Assembly (NCBI GenBank): GCA_964418245.1
Contig: CAYQKW010000005.1
Span: forward strand, 1 to 61,358
From: an uncultured Oscillospiraceae bacterium
Lineage (GTDB): Bacteria > Bacillota > Clostridia > RUG12999
Reading direction: 5' to 3'
DNA: 61,358 bases
Below are positions 9,039-18,890 of this stretch, one piece after another (position 1 is the stretch's first letter; each line of letters opens with the position of its first letter). Position numbers and translations under genes: made by a program. The notes below the pieces were generated by a model, which saw only the letters and a list, made by a program, of their open reading frames with translations, did no database searches and was not told where the DNA came from.

Positions 9039-10931
9039 ATGTTACTCGGTTTAAACAACATTTCAAAGCATTTCGGCACAGAAACTCTTTTTGAAAACAT
9101 ATCGTTCGAGGTTGCCGAAACGGACAAAATCGGTTTGATAGGCATAAACGGTGCCGGAAAAACAACATTATTCAAAATATTGACCGGCGAAATGACGCAT
9201 GACGGCGGTGATATTTTCAAAAATCGCAATCTTAAAATCGGATATATCCGTCAACATTTCGCCGCAAAAGAAAACACCGGCATATTCGACGAAGTTCTCA
9301 AAACTTTCGATTATCTTACCGATATTGAACGCGAGCTTGAAGACATTAATCTTGATATTGAAATTAAAAACGGAGATATAAACACGCTTACCCGGCGTCA
9401 GCACGAATTATCCGAAAAATTTGCCGACATGGGCGGATTTGTATATAAAAGTCATATAAAATCAACACTGACGGGTCTTGGATTTTCAGAAGATGATTTC
9501 TCAAAAAAACTGAATGTATTGAGCGGCGGCGAACTTACAAGGGTTCAGCTTGCAAAACTTTTGCTTTCGGACTGCAACCTTTTGCTTCTTGACGAACCGA
9601 CAAATCACCTTGACATAACATCAACAATATGGCTTGAAGATTTTTTAAGCAATTACAAAGGCAGTGTTATCGTTATTTCGCACGACCGCTATTTTCTTGA
9701 CAAGGTGACAAACAAAACAATTGAAATAAGCGGAAAGCGGCTTTTTTCGTATAAAGGCGGATATACCGAATTTATGCGTAAAAAACAGGAATTTGCAATG
9801 AGCGAAAACCGCCGAAACGAAAATACAAGAAAAGAAATTGAGCGCATTTACGGCATTGTTGAACAGCAGCGCAGTTTTAACCGCGAAAAGAACATAAAGA
9901 CAGCGGAAAGCAAACTCAAAATGATTGAACGCCTTGAAAACACATTAACCGAAGATATTAAAGAAGAAAAAGAAATCCGTTTTAAATTCAAAACCGAAAT
10001 TTCAAGCGGAAACGATGTTTTGTTTGCCGATAACCTGAGTGCCGCTTTTAACGGCAGAACTCTTTTTACCGATATTAACATGCATATAACAAAAGGCGAG
10101 CGCATATTTTTAATCGCACCCAACGGTGCCGGCAAAACCACACTTTTCAAAAAAATCATATCCGGCGGTGACGGCATTCGGCTCGGCGCAAACGTTAAAA
10201 TCGGATATTACGACCAAACACAGCAAAATCTTGACAATTCAAAAACCATACTCGATGAAATACGTGATGCATATCCGTTGTTCAAAGAAACCGAACTGCG
10301 CAACGCTTGTGCGGCATTTTTGTTCAGAGGTGATGATGTGTTCAAAAGCATCGAATCTCTCAGCGGCGGCGAACGCGCCAGAGTATCGCTGTTGAAACTC
10401 ATGTTGTCCGGCAGTAATTTTTTAATGCTTGACGAACCGACAAACCATCTTGATATAGCATCGAAAGAGGCACTTGAGCAATCTTTTGCCGACTATTCCG
10501 GCACAATGCTTGTAATATCTCATGACAGATATTTTATAAACAAGCTTGCCGACAAGATATATCATTTGACACCGGACGGCATAAAAATATATGAAGGCAA
10601 TTACGATTATTATCTTGAAAAAATAAACAACGTTACTCAAAAAAACACGTCAAAATGCGGTGTTAAAAACGATTATCGCCTGCAAAAAGAACGTGATGCC
10701 GCATTAAGAAGGCTTAATAATGCTTTAAAAAAATGCGAAAATAAAATTGCGGAGCTTGAACAGCGGCAATCCGAGCTTGAAATCACAATGAACGACACTT
10801 CGGTTTCAAGTGATTACGGCAAACTTTCGGAACTTACGGCACAGCTTGATGAAGTGACATCCGCACTTGATTCCGAAATGGAAAACTGGGAAAATATTCA
10901 AACAGAATTGGATGGGTATAACAATGAATAA
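9039..10931 (+). CDS. ABC-F family ATPase (two ABC cassettes, no transmembrane domain)
   Basis: Two Walker A motifs (GINGAGKTT, APNGAGKTT), two LSGGE signatures and a coiled-coil C-terminus. Confidence 0.85.
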   Translation: MLLGLNNISKHFGTETLFENISFEVAETDKIGLIGINGAGKTTLFKILTGEMTHDGGDIFKNRNLKIGYIRQHFAAKENTGIFDEVLKTFDYLTDIERELEDINLDIEIKNGDINTLTRRQHELSEKFADMGGFVYKSHIKSTLTGLGFSEDDFSKKLNVLSGGELTRVQLAKLLLSDCNLLLLDEPTNHLDITSTIWLEDFLSNYKGSVIVISHDRYFLDKVTNKTIEISGKRLFSYKGGYTEFMRKKQEFAMSENRRNENTRKEIERIYGIVEQQRSFNREKNIKTAESKLKMIERLENTLTEDIKEEKEIRFKFKTEISSGNDVLFADNLSAAFNGRTLFTDINMHITKGERIFLIAPNGAGKTTLFKKIISGGDGIRLGANVKIGYYDQTQQNLDNSKTILDEIRDAYPLFKETELRNACAAFLFRGDDVFKSIESLSGGERARVSLLKLMLSGSNFLMLDEPTNHLDIASKEALEQSFADYSGTMLVISHDRYFINKLADKIYHLTPDGIKIYEGNYDYYLEKINNVTQKNTSKCGVKNDYRLQKERDAALRRLNNALKKCENKIAELEQRQSELEITMNDTSVSSDYGKLSELTAQLDEVTSALDSEMENWENIQTELDGYNNE

Positions 10932-11799
10932 TATTGCGGCGGCACTCGGTTTTTTTGACGGTGTGCATACCGGGCATAAAAAAATCGCCGAAAAAATTTT
11001 AAATTCGGGATTCACGCCCGTTGTATACACATTTGACGTCCACCCCAAAACAATACTCGGTGCCGAAAACGAACTTATATATACAAACGAACGAAAAAAA
11101 GAAGCTTTTTCGGTTTTGGGGATAAAAAACGTTATTTTTGAAAAAACCACCGCGGATTTTTTGAAAATATCGCCGGACGATTTTATAAAAAATATAATTA
11201 TTGAAAAGCTCGGCTGTAAGTATATTGCCGTAGGAGAAGATTATACTTTCGGACACGGCGGCATCGGCAATCCTCTTTACTTGAAATCCGAATGCGAAAA
11301 ACACGGAATTACAGTTGAAATTCTCCCGTTTATAAAATACAACGGTCATAAAATCGGCAGTTCATATATCAAAACGCTGATACACAGCGGCGACATCGAC
11401 CTTGCAAATTCGCTGACCGTATTGCCTTACGAAATTTCCGGAATCGTTGTTTCGGGTCGTCATGACGGAACAAAACTTGGATTCCCGACTGCAAACGTGA
11501 TGCCACCGCAAGAACTTGTTTTGCCGCCGAACGGTGTATATTTCACAAATACACACATTGACGGAGCTGTTTACCCTTCTGTTACAAACCTTGGGTTTGC
11601 ACCGACTTACGGCGAAAACAAAAGAATGTGCGAAACAAACCTTTTGAATTTTACCGGCGATTTATACGGAAAACACATAAAAACCGAATTTCTGCATTTT
11701 TGCAGAAGCGAAAAAAAATTCAGCGGTATTGAAGCACTGAAAACACAAATTAACAAAGATATTAAAGAAAGAGAAAAATATTATGGAACGAACAGATGA
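10924..11799 (+). CDS. ribF: Bifunctional riboflavin kinase / FMN adenylyltransferase
   Basis: MNNIAAALGFFDGVHTGH is present, plus a C-terminal riboflavin-kinase region (GFPTAN). The start is chosen at 10924, overlapping the upstream stop. Confidence 0.85.
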   Translation: MNNIAAALGFFDGVHTGHKKIAEKILNSGFTPVVYTFDVHPKTILGAENELIYTNERKKEAFSVLGIKNVIFEKTTADFLKISPDDFIKNIIIEKLGCKYIAVGEDYTFGHGGIGNPLYLKSECEKHGITVEILPFIKYNGHKIGSSYIKTLIHSGDIDLANSLTVLPYEISGIVVSGRHDGTKLGFPTANVMPPQELVLPPNGVYFTNTHIDGAVYPSVTNLGFAPTYGENKRMCETNLLNFTGDLYGKHIKTEFLHFCRSEKKFSGIEALKTQINKDIKEREKYYGTNR

Positions 11800-12454
11800 A
11801 CTAAGCGGCGGGTATAAAATCATTCAGGATACGGACGGGTTTTGTTTCGGCACAGATGCCGTTCTGCTTTCACATTTTGCCGCCGTCAAACCCGGCGAAA
11901 ACTACATTGATTTATGCACGGGAAACGGCATACTGCCAATACTTATAACCGAAAAATTCCGTCCGAAATCAATTATGGCATTTGAAATTCAAGAAAGCGT
12001 TGCCGATTTGTGCCGGCGAAATATGGAACTTAACGGAATTGAGGCCGACATTATATGCGACGATATTAAAAATGCGCATAAATACATTGTGAATCCCGTT
12101 GATGTTATAACCGTAAATCCTCCGTATACTCCTTTCGGCGGCGGAGAAGTGAACAAACATGATACAAAAATAATCGCGCGGCACGAAATTTTTTGTACAC
12201 TTGAAACCATTTTTTCGTGCGTGAGCAAAATTTTGAAATACGGCGGCAGGCTTTATATGGTACACAGTGCAAGGCGTTTGTCCGATATTATTTACACGGC
12301 AAAAACACATGCTCTGGAACCGAAACAAGTGCGTTTCGTGCATGAAAACGCATCAAAAAACGCATCTATTGTTTTGATGAGTTTTATTCATCACGGCGGC
12401 AGTGAAATGACTGTTTTGCCGCCCATAAAAGGAAACGGAGGTTTTTCGCTATGA
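11783..12454 (+). CDS. tRNA (adenine-N6)-methyltransferase, YfiC/TrmN6-like
   Basis: NPPY motif (VITVNPPYTP) and the SAM-binding motif DLCTGNG. Confidence 0.7.
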   Translation: MERTDELSGGYKIIQDTDGFCFGTDAVLLSHFAAVKPGENYIDLCTGNGILPILITEKFRPKSIMAFEIQESVADLCRRNMELNGIEADIICDDIKNAHKYIVNPVDVITVNPPYTPFGGGEVNKHDTKIIARHEIFCTLETIFSCVSKILKYGGRLYMVHSARRLSDIIYTAKTHALEPKQVRFVHENASKNASIVLMSFIHHGGSEMTVLPPIKGNGGFSL

Positions 12455-13275
12455 GCGGTGTACTTTATCTTTGTCCCACACCGATAGGAAATCTTGAAGA
12501 TATTACATTACGAACGATACGTATACTTTCAGAAGTTGACATAATTGCCGCAGAGGATACGCGGCACAGCCTTATACTACTGAATCATCTTAACATAAAA
12601 AAACCGCTTATAAGCTATTTTGAACACAATAAACTTATGAGGGGAAAAGAAATATTAAATCATCTTAAATCGGGCAAAAACATTGCTCTTATAACCGATG
12701 CCGGCACACCGGCGATTTCAGACCCCGGCGAAGACCTTGTTATGCAGTGCATTGAAGAAAATATTGAAGTTATACCGCTCCCCGGAGCAAATGCCGCAAT
12801 AACGGCATTGATTTCATCGGGTATATCAACCGGTCGCTTTGCTTTTCAGGGATTTTTATCCATGAACAAAACGGCGCGCCGCGAACATCTGCGTTCCGTT
12901 GCCGCATATTCCGACACACTGATATTTTACGAAGCACCGCACAAACTTTTAAACACACTTAATGATTTTCTGAACATTCTCGGCGACCGTAACATTGCAC
13001 TTTGCAGAGAACTTACGAAAACCCACGAAGAAAAAATACGCTGTACCGTCAGCGAAGCCATTGCACTTTACACAGAAAAGCCCCCCAAAGGCGAATATGT
13101 TATTATAGTTGAGGGTGCGCATATCGACCCATCGGCGGAATTTGACGATTTCACGCTTGAAGAACTGTATAGCCGATACCTTGAAGAGGGGCTGAGCGAT
13201 AAAGATGCTTTAAAAAAGGCTGCCAAAAACAAAGGAATGAGCAAACGCGACGCATATGCAAGAATAAAAACATGA
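12451..13275 (+). CDS. rsmI: 16S rRNA (cytidine1402-2'-O)-methyltransferase
   Basis: The N-terminus LYLCPTPIGNLEDITLRTIRILSEVDIIAAEDTRHS is typical of RsmI. Confidence 0.85.
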   Translation: MSGVLYLCPTPIGNLEDITLRTIRILSEVDIIAAEDTRHSLILLNHLNIKKPLISYFEHNKLMRGKEILNHLKSGKNIALITDAGTPAISDPGEDLVMQCIEENIEVIPLPGANAAITALISSGISTGRFAFQGFLSMNKTARREHLRSVAAYSDTLIFYEAPHKLLNTLNDFLNILGDRNIALCRELTKTHEEKIRCTVSEAIALYTEKPPKGEYVIIVEGAHIDPSAEFDDFTLEELYSRYLEEGLSDKDALKKAAKNKGMSKRDAYARIKT

Positions 13276-13276
13276 C

Positions 13277-13328
13277 AAAAAAACCTTATTTCCACAGTTT
13301 CGTTTGACTGTGAAAATAAGGTTTTTAC
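13277..13328. terminator. Bidirectional intrinsic terminator between convergent rsmI and the ABC exporter
   Basis: 17-bp stem (13281..13297 with 13308..13324, one mismatch) flanked by A and T runs. Confidence 0.7.
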
Positions 13329-13346
13329 ATTAACACATACGCAAAA

Positions 13347-15080
13347 TCAATTTTCCGCCGCCTGTGCCATTTTATAATATACACCTTTTTTATTCATGAG
13401 TTCGCCGTGTGTTCCTCTTTCAAGAATACCTTTTTCCGACAAAACGATTATTTCATCGGCATTTCTCACGGTTGAAAGTCTGTGTGCTATTGTTACGGTT
13501 GTTCTGCCTTTGCAAAGCCTTTCGAGAGAACTCTGTATAATACGCTCCGTTTCGTTATCAAGTGCACTCGTTGCTTCATCAAGAAGAAGTATTGCAGGGT
13601 CTTTCAGGAACACTCTTGCTATGGATATTCTCTGTTTTTGACCGCCCGAAAGCTTGACACCGCGTTCCCCGATATATGTATCATATCCGTCTTTTAACTT
13701 CATTATAAAATCGTGAGCATCCGCATTTTTTGCGGCTTTGATTATTTCGTCATCGCTTTTTGTCGGGTCACCGTATGCAATATTTTCTTTTACCGTACCG
13801 GAGAAAAGATATACTTCCTGTTGAACAATACCGATATTTTTACGCAGAGAAGAAAGCTTTATATTTTTTATATTCTCACCGTCCAGCGTAATTTCACCGT
13901 CCGATATATCGTAAAATCTCGGTATAAGATTACAGAATGTTGTTTTCCCTCCGCCGCTTGCACCGACAAGCGCAACATTTTTCCCGTGCAAAATATCGAT
14001 ATTAAGATTTTTCAGCACGAGATTTTCGCTGTCCTCATAATAAAAACTCACATTTTTAAAAGATATATCACCTTTTATGTTTACAAGTTCTTTTGCACCC
14101 GGCAAATCCTGTTCAACAGGTTCGTCCATAATTTCAAAAAATCGTTCTATTCCTGTTATACCTCTTTGGAACTGTTCGTTAAAATCCATTATTGTGCGTA
14201 TGGACGTCATTATTGTGCTTACAAACAGCAGTGATGCCGTGAAATTACCGACAGAAAGCTCGCCCTTTGTCATAAGATATATTCCGTACATTGATACCAG
14301 CAGATAAATTATGCCGTCAAAAAATCTTGTACAGCAATGGAATCCGCCCATGAAATAATAAGCACGTTTTTTCACCCTGAGAAAACGTTTGTTGTCTTTC
14401 TCGAATTTTTCTTTTTCCAATTCTTCGTTTGCAAACGATTTCACAACACGTATTCCCTGCAAACTGTCTTCAACCTTTGCGTTTATCTCGCCGAGCTGAC
14501 TGCGCTGAAGCTTGAATGCGGCTTTCATTTTGTTTCTGAATATCATAAAAACAACAAACAAAAACGGTACAAACACAAATATCGCAATTGCAAGCTTTTT
14601 ATTGTATCCGCACAATATAACCGCCGACACAATTATTTTCAGTGCCGCCGTGACAACCATTTCGGGGCAGTGGTGCGCAAACTCCGTAACGTCGAACAAA
14701 TCCGTTGTTATACGTGACATAATCTGACCGATTTTGGTATTGCTGTAATAATTAAAAGTCAGCCCCTGCAAATGCGCAAACATATCACTGCGCATACGCG
14801 TTTCTATTTTTGTGCCGATAAAATGACCGCCGGTCTGTACAAAAAAATTCGCCGCCACATCAATTATCCTTAAAGCAAGATAAACCGCGCCTACTTTCAA
14901 AATAAGCGCAGTCGTTATCTTTGTTATATCATTTACCGCCGTATCCGTGAGATAACTTACTATAACAGGCAGTGCCACGTCGCATCCGACAAGTATGGAT
15001 GCACACAGCATATCGAGTGCAAGCATTAAAAGGTGTGGTTTATAATATGGCAGAAATCTTGCCAAAGTACCTTTTTTCAC
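13347..15080 (-). CDS. ABC exporter, fused permease/ATPase (MsbA-like)
   Basis: Six-helix transmembrane region followed by Walker A GASGGGKTT, the LSGGQKQR signature and LLLDEATSALD. Confidence 0.85.
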   Translation of the reverse strand: MKKGTLARFLPYYKPHLLMLALDMLCASILVGCDVALPVIVSYLTDTAVNDITKITTALILKVGAVYLALRIIDVAANFFVQTGGHFIGTKIETRMRSDMFAHLQGLTFNYYSNTKIGQIMSRITTDLFDVTEFAHHCPEMVVTAALKIIVSAVILCGYNKKLAIAIFVFVPFLFVVFMIFRNKMKAAFKLQRSQLGEINAKVEDSLQGIRVVKSFANEELEKEKFEKDNKRFLRVKKRAYYFMGGFHCCTRFFDGIIYLLVSMYGIYLMTKGELSVGNFTASLLFVSTIMTSIRTIMDFNEQFQRGITGIERFFEIMDEPVEQDLPGAKELVNIKGDISFKNVSFYYEDSENLVLKNLNIDILHGKNVALVGASGGGKTTFCNLIPRFYDISDGEITLDGENIKNIKLSSLRKNIGIVQQEVYLFSGTVKENIAYGDPTKSDDEIIKAAKNADAHDFIMKLKDGYDTYIGERGVKLSGGQKQRISIARVFLKDPAILLLDEATSALDNETERIIQSSLERLCKGRTTVTIAHRLSTVRNADEIIVLSEKGILERGTHGELMNKKGVYYKMAQAAEN

Positions 15081-15084
15081 TTAA

Positions 15085-16863
15085 TCACTCTTCTTCCGTA
15101 ATTATATTTTTAATGCAAAGTTCCTCCAGTTGTTTTTCGTCTACCGTATCGGGAGCTCCGGACATAAGTTCCGAAGCGTTTTGAACTTTCGGGAATGCTA
15201 TGACATCTCTTATGGACTCTTTGCCCAAGAGCAGCATAACAAATCTGTCAAGTCCGTATGCCATTCCGCCGTGCGGCGGTGTTCCGTATTTGAATGCATT
15301 TATGAGGAACCCGAAGCGTTCCATTGCGTCCTCTTCCGTAAATCCGAGCATTTCAAACATTTTTTTCTGCAAGTCGCTGTTATATATTCTCAAACTGCCG
15401 CCGCCGAGTTCAACGCCGTTAAGTACAATATCATATGCTTTTGCTCTTGCTTTACCGGGGTCGGTATCGAGCAGTTCGATATCCTCGTCCATCGGAGCGG
15501 TGAACGGATGGTGCATTGCAACATATCTGTTTTCTTCTTCACTGTATTCAAACAGCGGAAATTCCGTTACCCACAAAAGGTTATATGTGTTTTCGGGAAT
15601 AAGTCCGTATTTTTTTGCAATCTCCAGTCTTAAAGCACCGAGAGAATCAAACACAACTTTGTCTTTATCGGACACTATGAACACAATATCTCCGGTTACC
15701 GCACCCGTTTTTTCAAATATTGCATTAATTTCTTCTTCTTTTAAGAATTTCGCAACCGAAGATTTAATTCCGTCTTCTTCAAGCTTAATCCAAGCCAAAC
15801 CTTTTGCTTTATATGTTTTTACGAACTCGCCCAAAGCATCTATTTCTTTTCTGGATATTTTTATACCTTTTGTTGTTATTGCCCGAACGCTTCCGCCGTT
15901 TGCAAGATTATCCGAAAATACTTTAAATTCCGAGTTTTTAAGCACATCCGATATATCGGTGATTTCAAGTCCGAAACGAGTATCGGGCTTATCGCTTCCG
16001 AAACGTTCCATCGCTTCTTTATAAGGCATACGAGGGAACGGCGTTTGAATATCTATATTAAGAATTTCTTTGAAAACTCTTTTTATGAACTGTTCGTTTA
16101 CGCTTATAACATCATCAATCGACACAAAAGACATTTCAAGGTCTATCTGTGTAAATTCAGGCTGACGGTCCGCACGCAAATCCTCGTCACGGAAACATTT
16201 CGCAATCTGCATATATCTGTCATATCCCGAAAGCATAAGTATCTGTTTATACATCTGCGGCGACTGCGGCAGTGCATAATAAGAACCGGGATGCACACGG
16301 CTCGGCACAAGATAATCCCTTGCACCCTCCGGCGTACTCTTTATAAGCATCGGAGTTTCTATTTCTATGAATCCGTTTTCATCATAAAAATTACGTGCAA
16401 TCTGTGTGAGTTTATGTCTTGTCAAAAGGCTTTCCTGCAATTCTTTTCTTCTTAAATCAAGGTATCTGTATTTTAATCTGATTTCTTCTTTAACGTTGCA
16501 TTCGCCCTCAATCTGAACCGGAAGTGCCTCTGATTTATTAAGTATTCTGAGTTCCGTTACTTCTATTTCGATTTCACCGGTTTTAAGATTTTTATTTACC
16601 GCACCTTCTCTTTTTCTTACGGTACCGACTGCCGCCAGCACATATTCAAGATGAACCGTTTTTGCCTTTTCCAAATCGGAATTTTCAACAACAAGCTGAA
16701 CTTTTCCGCTTATGTCTCTCAAATCTATAAACACAAGGTTTCCTATGTCGCGTACTTTTGCCGCCCAGCCCATTACGGTTACGGTTTTGCCTATATCCGC
16801 AGCACCGAGCTGTGCACAGCGATGCGACCTTGTAAGTCCGTTTATGTTATCCACTGTAATCAT
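15085..16863 (-). CDS. aspS: Aspartate--tRNA ligase
   Basis: 592 aa with class II motifs (FRDEDLRADRQPEFTQID, GGGSLRI). Confidence 0.9.
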   Translation of the reverse strand: MITVDNINGLTRSHRCAQLGAADIGKTVTVMGWAAKVRDIGNLVFIDLRDISGKVQLVVENSDLEKAKTVHLEYVLAAVGTVRKREGAVNKNLKTGEIEIEVTELRILNKSEALPVQIEGECNVKEEIRLKYRYLDLRRKELQESLLTRHKLTQIARNFYDENGFIEIETPMLIKSTPEGARDYLVPSRVHPGSYYALPQSPQMYKQILMLSGYDRYMQIAKCFRDEDLRADRQPEFTQIDLEMSFVSIDDVISVNEQFIKRVFKEILNIDIQTPFPRMPYKEAMERFGSDKPDTRFGLEITDISDVLKNSEFKVFSDNLANGGSVRAITTKGIKISRKEIDALGEFVKTYKAKGLAWIKLEEDGIKSSVAKFLKEEEINAIFEKTGAVTGDIVFIVSDKDKVVFDSLGALRLEIAKKYGLIPENTYNLLWVTEFPLFEYSEEENRYVAMHHPFTAPMDEDIELLDTDPGKARAKAYDIVLNGVELGGGSLRIYNSDLQKKMFEMLGFTEEDAMERFGFLINAFKYGTPPHGGMAYGLDRFVMLLLGKESIRDVIAFPKVQNASELMSGAPDTVDEKQLEELCIKNIITEEE

Positions 16864-18110
16864 CCTTTCACTTTTTCTGCAAGTTCGTCCAAGACTATTT
16901 CCGTTTCTTCGCCGGACTCCATATTTTTAAGCTTCGCTTTTCCCGTTTCGATTTCATTGTCGCCGAGAACAACCGTGTATTTTGCCGAAATCTTGTTTGC
17001 ATATTTCATTTGTGCTTTTAAGCCTCTGTGCATAACATCACACGAAACGTTTATGCCTTGTTTTCTTAATTCATACACAAGTTTCATTGCATAATCCCCG
17101 GCAGTATCGCCTATGAAGCATACAAACAAATCCGGGTCTGCCTTTTTGGGTATTTCAACCCCTTGTGCTTCCATAGCCAAAAGAAGTCTTTCGAGTCCCA
17201 AGCCGAAACCGATTCCAGGAGTGGGTTTTCCGCCCAGCTGTTCAACAAGACCGTCATATCTGCCGCCGCCGCATATTGTGCTTTGTGCTCCGAGGTCTCC
17301 GGATTTTATTTCAAATACCGTTTTTGTATAATAATCCAGCCCTCTGACTATTCCGGAATCCACATTATATGTTATACCGAGCATTTCAAGCTTGTTTTTA
17401 AGACTTTCAAAATGTTCGCGGCATTCATCGCAGATATAATCAAGCAAAACCGGTGCGTCTTTAACCTGCTGTTTGCAGCTTTCTTCTTTGCAATCCAAAA
17501 TTCTGAGCGGATTTTTGTCAAATCGTGTTTTGCACGTTTCGCAAAGCGGTTTATCACGCAAAAAATCTTTCAATGCATCGTTATATTTTTTTCTGCAATG
17601 CGGACAGCCTATTGAATTTATGTTTACCGTAACATTTTTAAGTCCGAGTTTTTCTATAAAACATACCGCAAGGCTGATTATTTCGGCATCTATTTCCGGT
17701 CCGGGACTGCCGAAAGCCTCAACGCCGAACTGTCTGAATTCTCTGTATCTTCCGGCCTGAGGTTTTTCGTTGCGATAGCAGCTGAGCATATAATAAAGCT
17801 TTACGGGCAACGCTTCGGAAAGCATCGAATGTTCGAGTACGCTTCGCACAACTCCCGATGTTCCCTCGGGACGCAGAGTTATGCTTCTGTTTCCTTTATC
17901 TTTAAACGTATACATTTCCTTTTGCACAACGTCTGTTGTATCCCCGACGCCGCGTGCAAAAACGTTTGTATATTCAAATACCGGAACCGTGATTTCAGAA
18001 AAGCCGAAAGCCGATGCCGTTTCGTCAATAACCTTTTTCAGATACTGCCATTTATAAGACTCTCCCGGCAGAATATCATAAGTGCCTTTTAGTGCCTGAA
18101 TCTTTTCCAT
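16860..18110 (-). CDS. hisS: Histidine--tRNA ligase
   Basis: MEKIQALKGTYDILP, RPEGT and GGGRYD motifs are present. The start is chosen at 18110. There is a 4-nt overlap with aspS. Confidence 0.9.
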   Translation of the reverse strand: MEKIQALKGTYDILPGESYKWQYLKKVIDETASAFGFSEITVPVFEYTNVFARGVGDTTDVVQKEMYTFKDKGNRSITLRPEGTSGVVRSVLEHSMLSEALPVKLYYMLSCYRNEKPQAGRYREFRQFGVEAFGSPGPEIDAEIISLAVCFIEKLGLKNVTVNINSIGCPHCRKKYNDALKDFLRDKPLCETCKTRFDKNPLRILDCKEESCKQQVKDAPVLLDYICDECREHFESLKNKLEMLGITYNVDSGIVRGLDYYTKTVFEIKSGDLGAQSTICGGGRYDGLVEQLGGKPTPGIGFGLGLERLLLAMEAQGVEIPKKADPDLFVCFIGDTAGDYAMKLVYELRKQGINVSCDVMHRGLKAQMKYANKISAKYTVVLGDNEIETGKAKLKNMESGEETEIVLDELAEKVKG

Positions 18111-18149
18111 CTGTATTCTCCTTTGCGAAAAGAGCCGCAAAGCAGCTCT

Positions 18150-18887
18150 TTATTTAAGTTTTGTCATATTATCGCATCCGATTTTAACACTTTCCATAAC
18201 CGGATAGTTATACTGTTCCTGTTCGATTACAATCCATTCGAGTTTCGGCAGATTTGCAAAAATCTTTTCAAATTCGATACAGCCTGTTCCGACTTCCATA
18301 TCTTTTCCGTTTTCGTCGAGGTCTTTCGCATGGATTATATACATACGGTCAGCATATTTTTTTGTGTAGCTTATCGGGTCTTCGTTGCCTTTTTTCACCC
18401 AGTATGTGTCTATCTCGCATATAATGTTCGGAGCGTTTGCATATAAAATATCAAGTGCGTATTCGCCGTCGAATTTTTTAAATTCATGTGCGTGGTTATG
18501 ATATCCGAATTTCAATCCTGCTGCTTCGCATTTTTTACTCATTTCCTCGAACTGTGCCGCAGTTTCAACCCATCCTTCTTTGGTTTCCGGGTTTGTTCCC
18601 GGGCAAACAATATATTTCTGTCCGAGTGTTTTTGCGATTTCTATTTCACGATCTATATCCTCTGTAAGCAACGGATAACCAACGTGTGAGCATATTCCCT
18701 CAAGACCTATTTCGTCAAGATGTTTTTTTATTTCTTTCGGGTCGTGATCGTACAGACCGGCAAATTCAACACCGTCGTATCCCATTTCTTTTACCTGTTT
18801 GAGAACCTCAAAAAAATTGTCATGATTAATTACGTCTCTGAGTGAATATAATTGCAATGCTACTTTCATTTTTATCTTTCCTTTCAA
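18150..18887 (-). CDS. Sugar phosphate isomerase/epimerase (xylose-isomerase-like TIM barrel)
   Basis: The N-terminus KVALQLYSLRD and general family resemblance. Confidence 0.65.
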   Translation of the reverse strand: MKGKIKMKVALQLYSLRDVINHDNFFEVLKQVKEMGYDGVEFAGLYDHDPKEIKKHLDEIGLEGICSHVGYPLLTEDIDREIEIAKTLGQKYIVCPGTNPETKEGWVETAAQFEEMSKKCEAAGLKFGYHNHAHEFKKFDGEYALDILYANAPNIICEIDTYWVKKGNEDPISYTKKYADRMYIIHAKDLDENGKDMEVGTGCIEFEKIFANLPKLEWIVIEQEQYNYPVMESVKIGCDNMTKLK

Positions 18888-18890
18888 ATA

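Noticed and set aside
18111-18149. An expected T-box leader upstream of hisS-aspS
   Set aside because: Only 39 nt separate hisS from the upstream gene. That space is filled by a terminator-like hairpin and the RBS, leaving no room for a T-box of about 200 nt.
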